Positions 16,803 to 27,664 of a stretch of DNA of 64,000 nt are shown here, in pieces. The notes under the pieces are model-generated. The model ran no database searches and was not told the DNA's origin. It was given only the letters and a program-made list of their open reading frames with translations. The DNA lies in contig QZKO01000018.1 of assembly GCA_003599505.1 (NCBI GenBank), forward strand, positions 26,280-90,279, in the 5' to 3' direction. Both the position numbers and the translations under genes were made by a program. Numbering within the stretch: position 1 is the first letter of the stretch; each line of letters begins with the position of its first letter. Origin of the DNA: Nitrospiraceae bacterium (GTDB taxonomy: Bacteria > Nitrospirota > Thermodesulfovibrionia > UBA6902).

Positions 16803-19253
16803 ATGGAAGACATTAAGAGGACCGAAAAGCTGGAATCAACGATCAAGGGCTATATAGAGCACCATCTCGGCAAGGACTGCGAGAGGTCGCATATTTTTGA
16901 CTTTTATATCGGGCTTGCCTATGCCATCCGGGACAGGCTTATAGAGGAATGGCTTGCCACCCAGCGGTCTTATTATAAGACCAAGGCCAAGCGCGTCTAT
17001 TATCTTTCCCTTGAATTCCTTGTCGGCAGGACGCTTGGAAACAGCATGGTGAATCTCGGCATTGAGGATGAATGCACCCGGGCGCTGGAGACGCTGGGCT
17101 GCAGGATGGAGGATATAAGGGAGTCAGAGTGGGACGCAGGGCTCGGCAACGGCGGGTTGGGACGTCTTGCAGCCTGTTTCCTTGATTCCTTTGCTACGTT
17201 GGGAATCCCGGCTTACGGATACGGGATAAGATATGAATACGGGCTCTTTTACCAGAAGATAAAGGACGGATACCAGGTTGAAACCCCTGACAACTGGCTG
17301 AGGTACGGCAATCCATGGGAAATAGCCCGGCATGGACACTTTTTCTCAGTCCGTTTTCATGGAAGGGTAGACCAGCATACCGACTCAAACGGGATATTGA
17401 GAAATGAATGGGTCGACACTGAAGAAGTCATGGCAATGGCCTGCGACACTCCCATACCGGGCTACAGGAACGACAAGGTAATCAATATGCGGCTCTGGAC
17501 AGCGAAGTCTTCGAGGGATTTTGATTTGCACTTTTTCAACGGCGGCAATTATATCAACGCAGTTGAAAACAAGGCAAAGTCGGAAAGCATCTCAAAGGTG
17601 CTCTACCCCTCGGACCACATTATGGAGGGCAGGCTGCTGAGGCTGAAGCAGCAGTATTTCTTTGTCTCCGCGACCTTTCAGGACATCATAAGGAGATATA
17701 AAAAAGATGAGCTTGCTTTTGATAATTTTACAAACAGGGTGGCCGTGCAGCTCAATGACACCCATCCCGCCATCGCCATTCCGGAGCTTATGAGGATACT
17801 GGTGGATATCGAGGGGCTTCCCTGGAAAGATGCATGGGACATTACGGTCGGGACATTTGGATATACAAATCACACTGTCATGCCCGAGGCCCTTGAAAAA
17901 TGGCCGGTCTCAATGTTTGAAAATCTTTTGCCGAGACATTTACAGATAATCTATGAGATCAACAGGAGATTTCTCGAAGAGATAAACTGGCGCTTCCCCG
18001 GAGATTTTGAAAAGAGAAAAAGGATGTCGCTTATTGAAGAAGGTGATGAAAAGATGATAAGGATGGCGCATCTCGCCATTGTGGGAAGCCACTCTGTCAA
18101 CGGCGTTTCAAAGCTCCATACCGAAATACTCAAGGACCGGATATTCAAAGATTTTTATGATATGTTTCCTGAGAGGTTCAACAATAAGACGAACGGCATT
18201 ACCCCGCGCAGGTGGCTCAGGAAGGCAAATCCCCTCTTGTCCGACCTGATCACGGAGTATATAGGAGATAAGTGGATTGCGGACCTGGATGAGCTGAAAA
18301 AACTGGTCCCGCTGTCCGGGGACAAGGAATTCAGGGAAAGGTGGATGGACGCCAAGACAGAAAATAAAAAGCGGCTCGCTGAATATATTTTCAAAAAGAA
18401 CAGGATAAGGGTTGATGCCGGCTCCATGTTCGATGTCCAGGTCAAGAGGGTTCATGAGTACAAAAGGCAGCTTCTGAATGTCCTGCATGTTGTGACCCTC
18501 TACAACAGGATAAGACGCGGTAAAGATGAGAACGTTTCACCCCGCACGGTGATTTTTTCCGGCAAGGCGGCCCCTTCATACCGGATGGCAAAGCTTGTAA
18601 TCAAGCTGATTCATTCAGTGGCAAATGTTGTTAATCACAGCAAAGAGACAGGCGAAAGATTGAAGGTGGTTTTTCTCTGTAATTATAATGTTTCTCTTGC
18701 GGAAAGGATAATTCCCGCCGCTGATTTGTCCGAGCAGATTTCAACCGCCGGGACAGAAGCGTCCGGCACAGGCAACATGAAGCTTTCATTAAACGGCGCC
18801 ATGACAATCGGCACCCTTGACGGCGCGAATATTGAGATAATGGAAGAGGTGGGTAAAGACAACATTTTCATCTTCGGGCTGACCCCTGAGGAGGTCCTGG
18901 AACTGAGGGGTTCAGGTTATAATCCCCGCCTCTATTATGAAAAGGACCAGGAATTGAGAGAGGTTTTAGACATGATAGGGAATGGATATTTCTCCCCTGA
19001 AAACCCCGGGCTTTTCAAGCCTGTAATCGACTCCCTCCTCTATCATGGTGATACGTATATGGTCCTTGCCGATTACAAATCCTATATCGACTGTCAGAAA
19101 GAAGCCGGCAACCTCTATAAAGACAAACATGAATGGGCCGGGAAGTCTATCCTGAATGTCGCGAATATGGGGAGATTTTCCAGCGACCGCACTATACTGG
19201 AATACGCGAAAGAGATATGGGGAATAGACACGGAAATAAAAAAGTCCCTCTGA
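16803..19253 (+). CDS. glgP: Glycogen/maltodextrin phosphorylase
   Basis: GLGNGGLGRLAACF, QLNDTHP, QVKRVHEYKRQ, EASGTGNMK. Confidence 0.97.
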   Translation: MEDIKRTEKLESTIKGYIEHHLGKDCERSHIFDFYIGLAYAIRDRLIEEWLATQRSYYKTKAKRVYYLSLEFLVGRTLGNSMVNLGIEDECTRALETLGCRMEDIRESEWDAGLGNGGLGRLAACFLDSFATLGIPAYGYGIRYEYGLFYQKIKDGYQVETPDNWLRYGNPWEIARHGHFFSVRFHGRVDQHTDSNGILRNEWVDTEEVMAMACDTPIPGYRNDKVINMRLWTAKSSRDFDLHFFNGGNYINAVENKAKSESISKVLYPSDHIMEGRLLRLKQQYFFVSATFQDIIRRYKKDELAFDNFTNRVAVQLNDTHPAIAIPELMRILVDIEGLPWKDAWDITVGTFGYTNHTVMPEALEKWPVSMFENLLPRHLQIIYEINRRFLEEINWRFPGDFEKRKRMSLIEEGDEKMIRMAHLAIVGSHSVNGVSKLHTEILKDRIFKDFYDMFPERFNNKTNGITPRRWLRKANPLLSDLITEYIGDKWIADLDELKKLVPLSGDKEFRERWMDAKTENKKRLAEYIFKKNRIRVDAGSMFDVQVKRVHEYKRQLLNVLHVVTLYNRIRRGKDENVSPRTVIFSGKAAPSYRMAKLVIKLIHSVANVVNHSKETGERLKVVFLCNYNVSLAERIIPAADLSEQISTAGTEASGTGNMKLSLNGAMTIGTLDGANIEIMEEVGKDNIFIFGLTPEEVLELRGSGYNPRLYYEKDQELREVLDMIGNGYFSPENPGLFKPVIDSLLYHGDTYMVLADYKSYIDCQKEAGNLYKDKHEWAGKSILNVANMGRFSSDRTILEYAKEIWGIDTEIKKSL

Positions 19254-19278
19254 ACATGGGGAATACAGAGGGACTTTT
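19240..19278. terminator. Bidirectional terminator between glgP and csp
   Basis: AAAAGTCCCTCTG / CAGAGGGACTTTT. Confidence 0.7.
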
Positions 19279-19286
19279 GCGGTCAA

Positions 19287-19487
19287 TCAGATCTTTACTA
19301 CGTTAACAGCCTTGGGGCCTTTTGGTCCCTGTTCAATATCGAAGCTTACTGCCTGACCTTCGGCGAGGGTTTTAAAGCCGTTGCTCTGGATAGAAGAATA
19401 GTGTACAAAAATATCGCCACTCTCTTCAGAAGTTATAAAGCCGTAACCCTTAGCTTCATTGAACCACTTTACTTTTCCGTCAGCCAA
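19287..19487 (-). CDS. Cold-shock protein (TTG start)
   Basis: [21 protein letters not shown]; SD AAGGAGG. Confidence 0.96.
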   Translation of the reverse strand: MADGKVKWFNEAKGYGFITSEESGDIFVHYSSIQSNGFKTLAEGQAVSFDIEQGPKGPKAVNVVKI

Positions 19488-19546
19488 CTTCTTATACCTC
19501 CTTATTAAAACTTAAGCAAAAAAAAGATTTGCTTCTCTTAAAATAA

Positions 19547-19574
19547 GGCCATAAAGTTTAAAGCCTTTGCGGCC
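19547..19574 (-). promoter_or_regulatory. Leader hairpin homologous to that of the first csp
   Basis: GGCCGCAAAG-N8-CTTTATGGCC then TTATTTT; promoter candidate TTGACT(19642)-N17-CATCAT upstream. Confidence 0.55.
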
Positions 19575-19701
19575 CCTTTTTAATGCTTATAAAAAACATC
19601 TCAAATTTTTTATATGATGTCATCTTTTTTATCAAAAGTCAACAAAAAAATACATAAAACTAACGCCTTAGTGGTAAGTTGGCTCCATCCGCTCCAATTG
19701 T

Positions 19702-21096
19702 TTATTCAGCGCTTCTTGCCTGAAATCCGATTGACTTCTTTTTCATCTTTTCGATTAAAGTCGTCCTGTTGAGTCCGAGAAGGCTTGCGGCCTTGCTCTT
19801 GATGCCTTTTGACATTTCCAGCGCCTGGATAATCATATTGTTTTCTATTTCATCAAGCATCAGGTTGAGGTCGACTCCGGTGGAAGACAAGGATTGAATT
19901 TTTTCGACCGGCTTAGTCGCCCTGCTTCTTTCATGAAATCTTTCCGGGAGGTCGTCCGGAGTAATGGTGTCCCCTTCTTTCAGAATAATCAGCCTCTCAA
20001 TAAAATTTTCCAGCTCCCTTACGTTTCCCGGCCATCTGTAATCCACAAGGCAGTCCATCGTCTCCGGAGAAATTTTCGGGGGCTCTTTTTTCTTTCTTTT
20101 TGACATTTCCACGATAAAATGTTCAGTCAGCAGAGGTATGTCTTCCTTCATTTTCCTCAGCGGGGGCAGGTGGACCGGGATCACATTAAGCCTGTAAAAA
20201 AGGTCTTCCCTGAACAGCCCCTCTTTGACCGCCTTCTCCAGGTCACGGTTTGTCGCGGCAATAATGCGGACATCAACTTTTATCGTCTTTATCCCCCCTA
20301 CCCTTTCAAATTCCTTTTCCTGCAGGACCCTCAACAGTTTTACCTGAAGTGAAGGCGCCAGTTCTCCTATCTCATCAAGGAAGAGCGTTCCGTTATTGGC
20401 AAGCTCAAAACGTCCTATCCTTGTATTCACGGCCCCGGTAAAGGCGCCCCTTTCATGACCAAAAAGCTCCGACTCGAGAATGTCTTTCGGTATGGCGGCG
20501 CAGTTCAGGGGGACAAACGTATAACGGGACCTGGAGCTGTTATAGTGTATCGTTTTCGCGACAAGCTCCTTCCCTGTGCCGCTCTCGCCGGTGATAAGCA
20601 CGGTGCTGTCCGTATCGGCTATTTTTTCTATAAATTTAATGACCTCCTGGACCGGGGCCGAGTTTCCGATGATTTTGAGCGGGCTGAACTTCCTCTTCAG
20701 TTCTTTTTTGAGTCTCGTGTTTTCTTCCTGCAGCCTGGAGACATCAAGCGCCCTCTTTATCGCCATGTATACATCTTCAAGGACAAAAGGCTTTGTTATA
20801 TAGTCAAAGGCGCCGAGCTTCATTGCTTCAACTGCCGTAGGGACGCTGGCATAAGCGGTTATCATTATTGAGGAAGTGTCAATCTTTTCCGAGTCGACCT
20901 CCCTCAGGACGTCGAGGCCGTTCATTCCAGGCATCATGAGGTCCAGAAGCATGAGGTCGAATTTTTCGGATTTAAGAAGATTGATACCCGAGGCGCCGTC
21001 TGACGCGGTTAGGACTTCAAACCCCTTGCCCGTGAGAAAATCTTTTAACAGTTCTCTGATAGACGCTTCATCATCTATTACCAGGATCCGTTGCAT
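19702..21096 (-). CDS. Sigma54-dependent response regulator (REC-AAA+-HTH), likely flagellar FleQ/FlrA-like activator
   Basis: GESGTGKE, GAFTGA, FLDEIGE, WPGNVREL, HTH LGLNRTTLIEKMKK; adjacent to flagellar genes. Confidence 0.9.
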   Translation of the reverse strand: MQRILVIDDEASIRELLKDFLTGKGFEVLTASDGASGINLLKSEKFDLMLLDLMMPGMNGLDVLREVDSEKIDTSSIMITAYASVPTAVEAMKLGAFDYITKPFVLEDVYMAIKRALDVSRLQEENTRLKKELKRKFSPLKIIGNSAPVQEVIKFIEKIADTDSTVLITGESGTGKELVAKTIHYNSSRSRYTFVPLNCAAIPKDILESELFGHERGAFTGAVNTRIGRFELANNGTLFLDEIGELAPSLQVKLLRVLQEKEFERVGGIKTIKVDVRIIAATNRDLEKAVKEGLFREDLFYRLNVIPVHLPPLRKMKEDIPLLTEHFIVEMSKRKKKEPPKISPETMDCLVDYRWPGNVRELENFIERLIILKEGDTITPDDLPERFHERSRATKPVEKIQSLSSTGVDLNLMLDEIENNMIIQALEMSKGIKSKAASLLGLNRTTLIEKMKKKSIGFQARSAE

Positions 21097-21125
21097 GTTA
21101 CTATATTGCCATATCGCAATAACAA

Positions 21126-21141
21126 CGTCAACAGATTGACG
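21126..21141. promoter_or_regulatory. Palindromic GTCA-N6-TGAC box upstream of the activator gene
   Basis: CGTCAACAGATTGACG. Confidence 0.5.
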
Positions 21142-21185
21142 GCAAATTTAAATATTTTTTTCCAACGATTTCAGGGGATTCAATC

Positions 21186-21596
21186 TTACCCGGTTTTCAG
21201 GCGCGCCCTGCGGGGGGTATCGAGTATGATCTGGACGCCTCTCATATTCCGGACATTTACAAGAAGCGGCCCCTGGGAATTCGCTATGACATCGCCTCCG
21301 CTGACTCTGATAATAACAAGCACAACCAGGTCATTATCGTTTTCAAGCCTGATAAATTCCCTGACCGTCCTGTCGAGCTCTATTGAAAAATCAATTGAGA
21401 CAACGTCGGGGGGAGAGACAATAAATGCCATATCAGGGTCATCAACAGACTGGAGCCATTTGAGCGGGGTATCTTTATGGTCCACAATAATGAACCGTTT
21501 CAGGTCCGGCAGGCCTACGAGTCCTTCGGGGAAATTTATGATTTTATCTTCCTGGGCTTCCAGGGTCCCAAACCTTGACGTGTTGAGTGTGATCAT
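21186..21596 (-). CDS. fliW: Flagellar assembly factor FliW
   Basis: [30 protein letters not shown]. Confidence 0.93.
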   Translation of the reverse strand: MITLNTSRFGTLEAQEDKIINFPEGLVGLPDLKRFIIVDHKDTPLKWLQSVDDPDMAFIVSPPDVVSIDFSIELDRTVREFIRLENDNDLVVLVIIRVSGGDVIANSQGPLLVNVRNMRGVQIILDTPRRARLKTG

Positions 21597-21823
21597 TTCG
21601 TCCTCAGTGTTTTATTGATTTTTTCGAATTCTTCCAGTGAAATATTCAGGGACATGACATTTTCCTTCCTGATTTTCTCGTAAAGCTCATCACGGTAAAT
21701 CTTCATGCGGGCCGGGGCCTTGATGCCGAGTCTTACGGAATTCCCCTTTATTTCAACAATAGTGATGGTGATATCATCACCGATTTTTATGGATTCGTCC
21801 GACTTCCTTGTCAAAACCAGCAT
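21593..21823 (-). CDS. csrA: Carbon storage regulator
   Basis: [17 protein letters not shown]...VRLGIKAP...IYRDE with C-terminal extension. Confidence 0.96.
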   Translation of the reverse strand: MLVLTRKSDESIKIGDDITITIVEIKGNSVRLGIKAPARMKIYRDELYEKIRKENVMSLNISLEEFEKINKTLRTK

Positions 21824-21878
21824 CCTGCCTCCATTTTATAAACCTGTCTCCGCGACCTCCGCGGTTAATTAATCTTTC

Positions 21879-22757
21879 CTATCCCAGAAAATCCATCAAC
21901 GATTGCGATATTACTTTTGAGCCGGAAGCCCTCAGGGATTCCAGGGCTACCTGTATCTTCGTCAGCTCGCTGATGTTCCCCGCGATGTCGGCATCTTCGG
22001 TATTCGAGAGCATCGTTTTCATTGTAAGGCTTCTGTCTTCGTGAGTGGTTTTTACCCTTTCAAGATAGTTCATCCTCGCGCCTACGGAAGCGCGCACGTT
22101 TGCGACCTGGTTGATATCGTTATCAATGGATGTAATCGATGCCCGTATCGCCGGAGCGTCATTATTGACCAACGAGTCATACAGATTGTCAAGAGTTTCC
22201 ATGAAAGTCTCGCTTCCGTAACTGAAGGCCTCATCTCCCGTAATATTTATGGCAATAGAGGAATCCCTGTCGGTAAGAATATTCATTTCATTAGTATCAC
22301 CGGCATAATTAAAACCGGAATCAAACGGCTGAGTGTCTGTTTTGTAACCGGAAAATATATACCTGTTGCGGAGTTTGGTTTGAGAAAGCCTCATGACCTC
22401 ATCCCTCAGGTTGGCGACTTCCTCGGCCATTGAGGCCCTGCTCTCCGCGGTTTGTGTGTCTGTGGCGGCCCCAACCGCAAGCTCGCGGGCGCGGATCAGC
22501 GAGTTCGCTACAGATGACATAATCGTGTCCGTCAGCCCCAACTGGCTTTCGGCCTCATCCATATTTTTCATGTATTGCTCGATTTCATTAAGGCTCACCT
22601 TGTAATCCATCGCGCTTATCGTTCCGAAGACGTCATCTGAAGGCTTGTTGATCTTTTTCCCTGTGGAGAGTTGTTCCGAATGAACAAACATATCCTTTAT
22701 CCTTTCCTGCAGGGACCTTGTCATCTGGTTGAATATTGTAAATGCCGTTATTCTCAT
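21879..22757 (-). CDS. flgL: Hook-associated protein 3
   Basis: MRIT, LSTGKKINKPSDD, YIFSGYKT, SLMDFL. Confidence 0.95.
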   Translation of the reverse strand: MRITAFTIFNQMTRSLQERIKDMFVHSEQLSTGKKINKPSDDVFGTISAMDYKVSLNEIEQYMKNMDEAESQLGLTDTIMSSVANSLIRARELAVGAATDTQTAESRASMAEEVANLRDEVMRLSQTKLRNRYIFSGYKTDTQPFDSGFNYAGDTNEMNILTDRDSSIAINITGDEAFSYGSETFMETLDNLYDSLVNNDAPAIRASITSIDNDINQVANVRASVGARMNYLERVKTTHEDRSLTMKTMLSNTEDADIAGNISELTKIQVALESLRASGSKVISQSLMDFLG

Positions 22758-24379
22758 AAGTTTATTATCATTTCGAGCAATTCATCGGTTACCTTTAATA
22801 TCCTCGCGCCCGCTTCATAAGAGCGCTGATAACGGATAAGGTTGGCGGCCTCTTCATCAAGAGAGACACCGGATGTCTGCTCTCTTTTCTTCTGGAGCTC
22901 AAAAAGCATATTGTCATCATATGTCAGGCTGTCCGACGCCGCCTTGCTCATGATGCCGAGGTTTGAAACAATCCCGCTGTAGTAATTATCAAAGGTGGCC
23001 CCGCTGAGGTTGGAAACGCCGTTCTGGGACAACTGATACATCTGGAGCGCCTTTGTATTGTCCCCCGGAAGCGTCAGATTTGAAGACGCCGCGGCGATTT
23101 TCCGGGTGTCCGTCAGGGCGACGCTGAAATTTTCAATTACGCCCGTAAGGGGACTGATGAAAAAACTGTCGCCCGCGGCCGGAGCGCCGTCGATAACCAC
23201 ATCGATGCCGTCGAAAGTAATCGTGCTTCCGGCAGAATATGATTGTCCTGACGCGACTGTTGCGCCTGTTGTTTGATTTATTATGTCATAAGTAGAGGCC
23301 CCTGTAAAATTTATATCATATTCATCAAGCGTCAGAGCAGAGGTGTCGGAAACAACGGCTGACGAGATATACGCGCCTGATGAATAATCGAGTGAATATA
23401 TTTGCAGCGGTCCAAAAAAATCATTGTTTGTGGAGCCGTCGAGTCCGTAGCCGGACTGGTGCAGGGTGTTGGTTTCCTTGACGATTGAGGCGATCAATTT
23501 CCTCAGACGCGTCAACGTCTCCGATTCAATATCGTCCTTGACATCGAGATATCCGCCGAGCTGTCCTTTGTTGAATACGGATGTTATGTCTTCATCGTTA
23601 TATGTAATGGTACTGTTCCCTTCAAGGTCCGTTGATGTGGAAAGTTCGTAAGCCTGTTGGGGAGTCACAAGACTCTTGCCTCCCACCAGGATCGTTACGT
23701 AATTATTATTGTCTTCATACCATGTATAGTTTATAAGCCCCGCGAGGTCGTTGAGAAGCTGGTCCCTCTGGTCTCTCATATAACTTGCTTCATTTTCTCC
23801 CTGCCCCGCTTCTGTCAGAGACATCTTCTCATTTAATAATGAAATTTCCGAGGTTATCGAGTTAATCTTATCAACAACATTTCTGATTTCGAGATTTACA
23901 TTATCCAGCGCGGATGAGACATCTCTTTCCATCTGCTTTGCGTTGAGTACCAGGGCATCCGCCTGCTGGAGCAGAGCGGTCCTCTGGGCCTGGTCTTCCG
24001 GGTTGGACGCCACCCCCTGCCAGGCGTTGAAATAATTCTGCAGCGACTTGGACAACCCCAGGTCTTTTGCCTCGTTGAATATCTGCTCAACCTGGCTCAG
24101 GGAGCGGTCAAGCGCATAGGACCTGCCGAAACTCTGATTTTGTCCTAATATCTGGAGATGAATAAATTTGTCATAATTCCTTCTTATTTCATTGACCCTT
24201 ACGCCCCTGCCTAAATAATTTCCCCTGACCTGGACGGCACTCGCCACCTCGAGCACTACATCCTGACGATTATACCCGGGCGTATTGACATTCGCTATAT
24301 TATTGCTCACTACATTAAGCGCGGACTGACTTGCAAACAGGGCTGATTTGCCTATATCAAAAAGTCCAAAGAGGGACAT
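22754..24379 (-). CDS. flgK: Hook-associated protein 1
   Basis: NNIANVNTPGYNRQ, SGVSLDEEAANLIRYQRSYEA. Confidence 0.96.
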   Translation of the reverse strand: MSLFGLFDIGKSALFASQSALNVVSNNIANVNTPGYNRQDVVLEVASAVQVRGNYLGRGVRVNEIRRNYDKFIHLQILGQNQSFGRSYALDRSLSQVEQIFNEAKDLGLSKSLQNYFNAWQGVASNPEDQAQRTALLQQADALVLNAKQMERDVSSALDNVNLEIRNVVDKINSITSEISLLNEKMSLTEAGQGENEASYMRDQRDQLLNDLAGLINYTWYEDNNNYVTILVGGKSLVTPQQAYELSTSTDLEGNSTITYNDEDITSVFNKGQLGGYLDVKDDIESETLTRLRKLIASIVKETNTLHQSGYGLDGSTNNDFFGPLQIYSLDYSSGAYISSAVVSDTSALTLDEYDINFTGASTYDIINQTTGATVASGQSYSAGSTITFDGIDVVIDGAPAAGDSFFISPLTGVIENFSVALTDTRKIAAASSNLTLPGDNTKALQMYQLSQNGVSNLSGATFDNYYSGIVSNLGIMSKAASDSLTYDDNMLFELQKKREQTSGVSLDEEAANLIRYQRSYEAGARILKVTDELLEMIINL

Positions 24380-24834
24380 TATGTCTCCTTTGAAAGCAGG
24401 ACCCCTGTTGTCCGGGGCATATGATGGGTTGTAAACGAGCTGAAAAAACTTGTTGATGTTTTTACATGCCTCAGGGAACGGTCCAGCAGGATGCTGTTGA
24501 ACCTGTTCATCTCTTCTATACTCTGAAGGAGGGAGATCATCTGTAACCGCAACGCGGAAAACGTATCGTCGCCTGTATGTCTTGCCAGCTCTTCAAGGTT
24601 ACCGGCTTTCATGTCCCCGCTGTCTTCCGCGAACTTTTTCATTAACCTGACGCGCTCTTCTTCGAGGAGTCTGAGACGCATAACGACTGTATCTTTCTCT
24701 TTTGAGATTTCTTCAATCTTGTCCGCGTTGATGTCCACAAGACAGGCCCTCTCCTTTTTCAGAAGGTCAAGAAGCGTCTTGTAGGCGTTGATCTGCTCTT
24801 CCAGTATGTTCTTAATCGCCTTGCCGGATGTCAT
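24379..24834 (-). CDS. flgN: Flagellar export chaperone FlgN
   Basis: Helical protein between flgM and flgK; N..N..LL motif. Confidence 0.85.
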   Translation of the reverse strand: MTSGKAIKNILEEQINAYKTLLDLLKKERACLVDINADKIEEISKEKDTVVMRLRLLEEERVRLMKKFAEDSGDMKAGNLEELARHTGDDTFSALRLQMISLLQSIEEMNRFNSILLDRSLRHVKTSTSFFSSFTTHHMPRTTGVLLSKET

Positions 24835-24850
24835 ATCTCTTCTTATTATG

Positions 24851-24877
24851 TTCTCGGTTATTTTTCTTTTTCCTTGA
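24851..24877 (-). promoter_or_regulatory. Possible sigma28 promoter for flgNKL
   Basis: TCAA-N15-ACCGAGAA. Confidence 0.4.
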
Positions 24878-24903
24878 GAAGGCCTTTACGGTCCGGTTTA
24901 ACG

Positions 24904-25197
24904 TCAGATCTCTTCCAGTATTTTTTGCGCTATTTTTCTCGGGTCGATATTATAGTTGCCGGCGTCTATGGCTTTCTTAAGCTCGTCAACCTTGTCGGTC
25001 CTTATGTCCGGAAGCTCATCTATTTCCGCTTTAAGCTCGCTTATTTCCTTTGCCTTCTCTGACAGACTGATCTTGTCTTTTTCAGCTTCAGACTTTTGGG
25101 CTTCTCCCTTCTTGTCTGCCTTCTTGCTGTCAGTTACCTCCTGGACCTTGTTGTACAAATCCTTTTTGTCAACCGGGTTATTTCCATCAATTTTCAT
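24904..25197 (-). CDS. flgM: Anti-sigma28 factor
   Basis: DKISLS, DIRTDKVDELKKAIDAGNY...IAQKI. Confidence 0.95.
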   Translation of the reverse strand: MKIDGNNPVDKKDLYNKVQEVTDSKKADKKGEAQKSEAEKDKISLSEKAKEISELKAEIDELPDIRTDKVDELKKAIDAGNYNIDPRKIAQKILEEI

Positions 25198-25267
25198 TTT
25201 TTACCACCCCTTTGTGTTAAACATTTTTCCATTCCACTGTTTTGTTTTTTTACACCTCCTGTTTCTC

Positions 25268-25294
25268 TTATCGGCACTTCCTTAATTTTCTTTA
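25268..25294 (-). promoter_or_regulatory. Sigma28 promoter of flgM
   Basis: TAAA-N15-GCCGATAA, perfect consensus. Confidence 0.85.
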
Positions 25295-25349
25295 ATTTAA
25301 TTTCCATCAACCTTCTGCACCCTATTTCCTCTGCCCTATTCCCTGCTCC

Positions 25350-25688
25350 CTACTTTGTATTATCCTCCATATCGGGTCTTCTTTCAAGCCAGCCTTCTAT
25401 TGCCTTTTGAAGTCCTAACCCCCTGCCGGCAAGCGCCTTCGATACTTCCATATCAAAAAGACTCATGTATGTTTCATTGCCTGCGCCTTTCACGTCCGGA
25501 GCAATGCTCTCTGAAGTCTTTCTCATAACTTTTATTAACTCATGCACAAAAAGCGCCTCCATCTCTTTTGCTACTTTACTGATTTCGGATTTCCTGTTTA
25601 CAGCATCTGTTCTGAGCTCTTTATCCTGTGTCCTCTGCGCTCTATCCAGTAAACCGGCCTTAAGTAACTCTGTATTTATCATATCCAT
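25350..25688 (-). CDS. flgJ: Rod-binding protein FlgJ (single domain, no muramidase)
   Basis: AKEMEALFVHELIKVMRKT...MSLFD...GLGL. Confidence 0.88.
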   Translation of the reverse strand: MDMINTELLKAGLLDRAQRTQDKELRTDAVNRKSEISKVAKEMEALFVHELIKVMRKTSESIAPDVKGAGNETYMSLFDMEVSKALAGRGLGLQKAIEGWLERRPDMEDNTK

Positions 25689-25725
25689 AATTAACTCTAC
25701 TACCCCCTATTCCCTACACCCTTCT

Positions 25726-26901
25726 TCATATTATTTCCAGCTCCGCCTTTAATGCGCCCGCCGCTTTCAGCGCCTGGAGGATGGATATAAGGTCACGGGG
25801 CGTAACTCCCAGGGCGTTCAGGGCCTTTATTACTTCGCCCAGGGTCACTCCGGATATCTGTACCAGCGACCCCTTCTGCTCTTTCACTGAAATTTCCGTG
25901 CGCGGCAATGTAACCGTCTCGGCCCCTTTAGGAGCGAACGGAAGAGGTTGTGAAACCTCGGGAGTTTCCCTGATTTCAATAGACAGCGAACCGTGAGCGA
26001 TAGCTACCGGCGATATTGTCACATTTTCGCCGACAACTACAGTTCCGGTCCTCTCGTTAATAACTATCTTAGCGGTCATATCAACCCTGACGTCAAGGGA
26101 CTCAATTTTTGTGATTAATCCGACGAGACTGTCCTGATATTCATCAGGTATCGACAGCCTGACCGATGAAGAGTCCGCAGGGACCGCGTAACTGCCATGC
26201 AATGCGTCATTGATTTGCCCGGCTATCATATGCGCTGTCGTGAAATCAGCCCTGTGCAGGAACAGCCGGACACTGCCGCCGTTTCCGAGCACGAACGGAG
26301 GTTCTCTCTCTATGGTCGCGCCTTCCGGGATCTTGCCCGCGGCGAGGTGATTTTTCTGTGCCTTCGAACCTTCTCCTTCCGCGGCAAAACCGCCTATTGA
26401 GAGAGGCCCCTGGGCCAGGGCGTAGACTTTGCCGTCCGGGCCTTTGAGGGGCGTAAGAAGCAGTGTGCCTCCCTGAATGCTTTTTGCGTCGCCGATCGTT
26501 GAAACGAGCGTATCAACCCTGGTGCCCGGTTTTGCGAACGGCGGAAGCGTGGCGGTGACGATGACCGCGGCAATATTCTTTGATTTCAGGTCCTCCAGAC
26601 TGATTGTAAGGCCCGTCCTTTTCAACATGTTGATAATGCCCTGCACTGCCGCCTGTCCTTTATCTCCGGTGCCGTCAAGGCCGACCACTACGCCGTTGCC
26701 TATAAGCTGATTGTCCCTCACCCCTTCAAAATGCGCTATGTCTTTTATACGCTCGGCGTATGCGGCAGGGGCAAGGGGCAAGGGGCAAGAGGCAAAAAAG
26801 AAGATAATTATGAATAACGCAAATATTCCGCTTCGTGTTACTTCCGAATTCTTATTCCTGACCCCTGGTTTCTGTTTTATAACTCTTAACTCATAACTCA
26901 T
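25726..26901 (-). CDS. flgI: Flagellar P-ring protein (start uncertain)
   Basis: ERIKDIA..EGVRDNQLIG.GVVVGLDGTGD, INERTGTVV, LKAAGAL. Confidence 0.96.
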   Translation of the reverse strand: MSYELRVIKQKPGVRNKNSEVTRSGIFALFIIIFFFASCPLPLAPAAYAERIKDIAHFEGVRDNQLIGNGVVVGLDGTGDKGQAAVQGIINMLKRTGLTISLEDLKSKNIAAVIVTATLPPFAKPGTRVDTLVSTIGDAKSIQGGTLLLTPLKGPDGKVYALAQGPLSIGGFAAEGEGSKAQKNHLAAGKIPEGATIEREPPFVLGNGGSVRLFLHRADFTTAHMIAGQINDALHGSYAVPADSSSVRLSIPDEYQDSLVGLITKIESLDVRVDMTAKIVINERTGTVVVGENVTISPVAIAHGSLSIEIRETPEVSQPLPFAPKGAETVTLPRTEISVKEQKGSLVQISGVTLGEVIKALNALGVTPRDLISILQALKAAGALKAELEII

Positions 26902-26917
26902 AACTCTTAACCGCCTT

Positions 26918-27664
26918 TCAGAACGGCCAAACCCTATCAAGTACCCGTACCAGCCAGCCCGGGCTTTGCTTGTCCTGGATTACCCCGTCTCCAACATAAT
27001 AAATCCTGGCGTCCGCTATTTTATTGCTCAACACGGTATTGCTTGTGTCAATGTCGTCGATCCTTGTCATCCCGGAAAACACCAGTATCTGTTTTTCGTT
27101 GTTAATAGTCATTTCCTTCCTTGCTTCCAGCACGAGGTTTCCGTTAGGCATCACCTCCACAACCTTCGCGGTTATTGTGGCCGCGAGTTTCCCCTCTCTG
27201 TTTGTGTCTCCCTTGCCTGTAAACTCCGATATTCCCGTACCGGCGACTTTTGGCTCGAATATATTTGCGCCTTTATAAAGATCTTTCAGCAGGAACGCAT
27301 TGTGCAGGTTGAAATCCGTATTCATCCCGAATATCTCCGTCGCGTCAAAATCCGCCGATGAATCACGGCTTGTATCCGTATCAGCCTTGCCCGAGCCGGA
27401 CAAATTCTCCACGATCCGTATCGTAACAAGATCGTTGAGCCTTCGCGCCTTTGTGTCTTCGAATATGTTAGCCGAATCATTCCAGAGGGAGTTGGCGGAC
27501 GGCGTTATTTTTTCCTTTTCATGATAAACGTATTTCGGGGGCTCCGGCGGCAATTTTGAGGACGGAGTAGCGCAGGAAAACAGCGGTAAGCAGTAAGCGG
27601 TAAGCAGTAAGCAAAAAACTAAGAGTTTAGATTTGTTATAGTTCCACTCTAACCGTATTTTCAT
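26918..27664 (-). CDS. flgH: Flagellar L-ring lipoprotein
   Basis: Lipobox LFSC; DTKARRLNDLVTI.I.E, PNGNL, IADARI.Y.G, PGWL. Confidence 0.95.
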   Translation of the reverse strand: MKIRLEWNYNKSKLLVFCLLLTAYCLPLFSCATPSSKLPPEPPKYVYHEKEKITPSANSLWNDSANIFEDTKARRLNDLVTIRIVENLSGSGKADTDTSRDSSADFDATEIFGMNTDFNLHNAFLLKDLYKGANIFEPKVAGTGISEFTGKGDTNREGKLAATITAKVVEVMPNGNLVLEARKEMTINNEKQILVFSGMTRIDDIDTSNTVLSNKIADARIYYVGDGVIQDKQSPGWLVRVLDRVWPF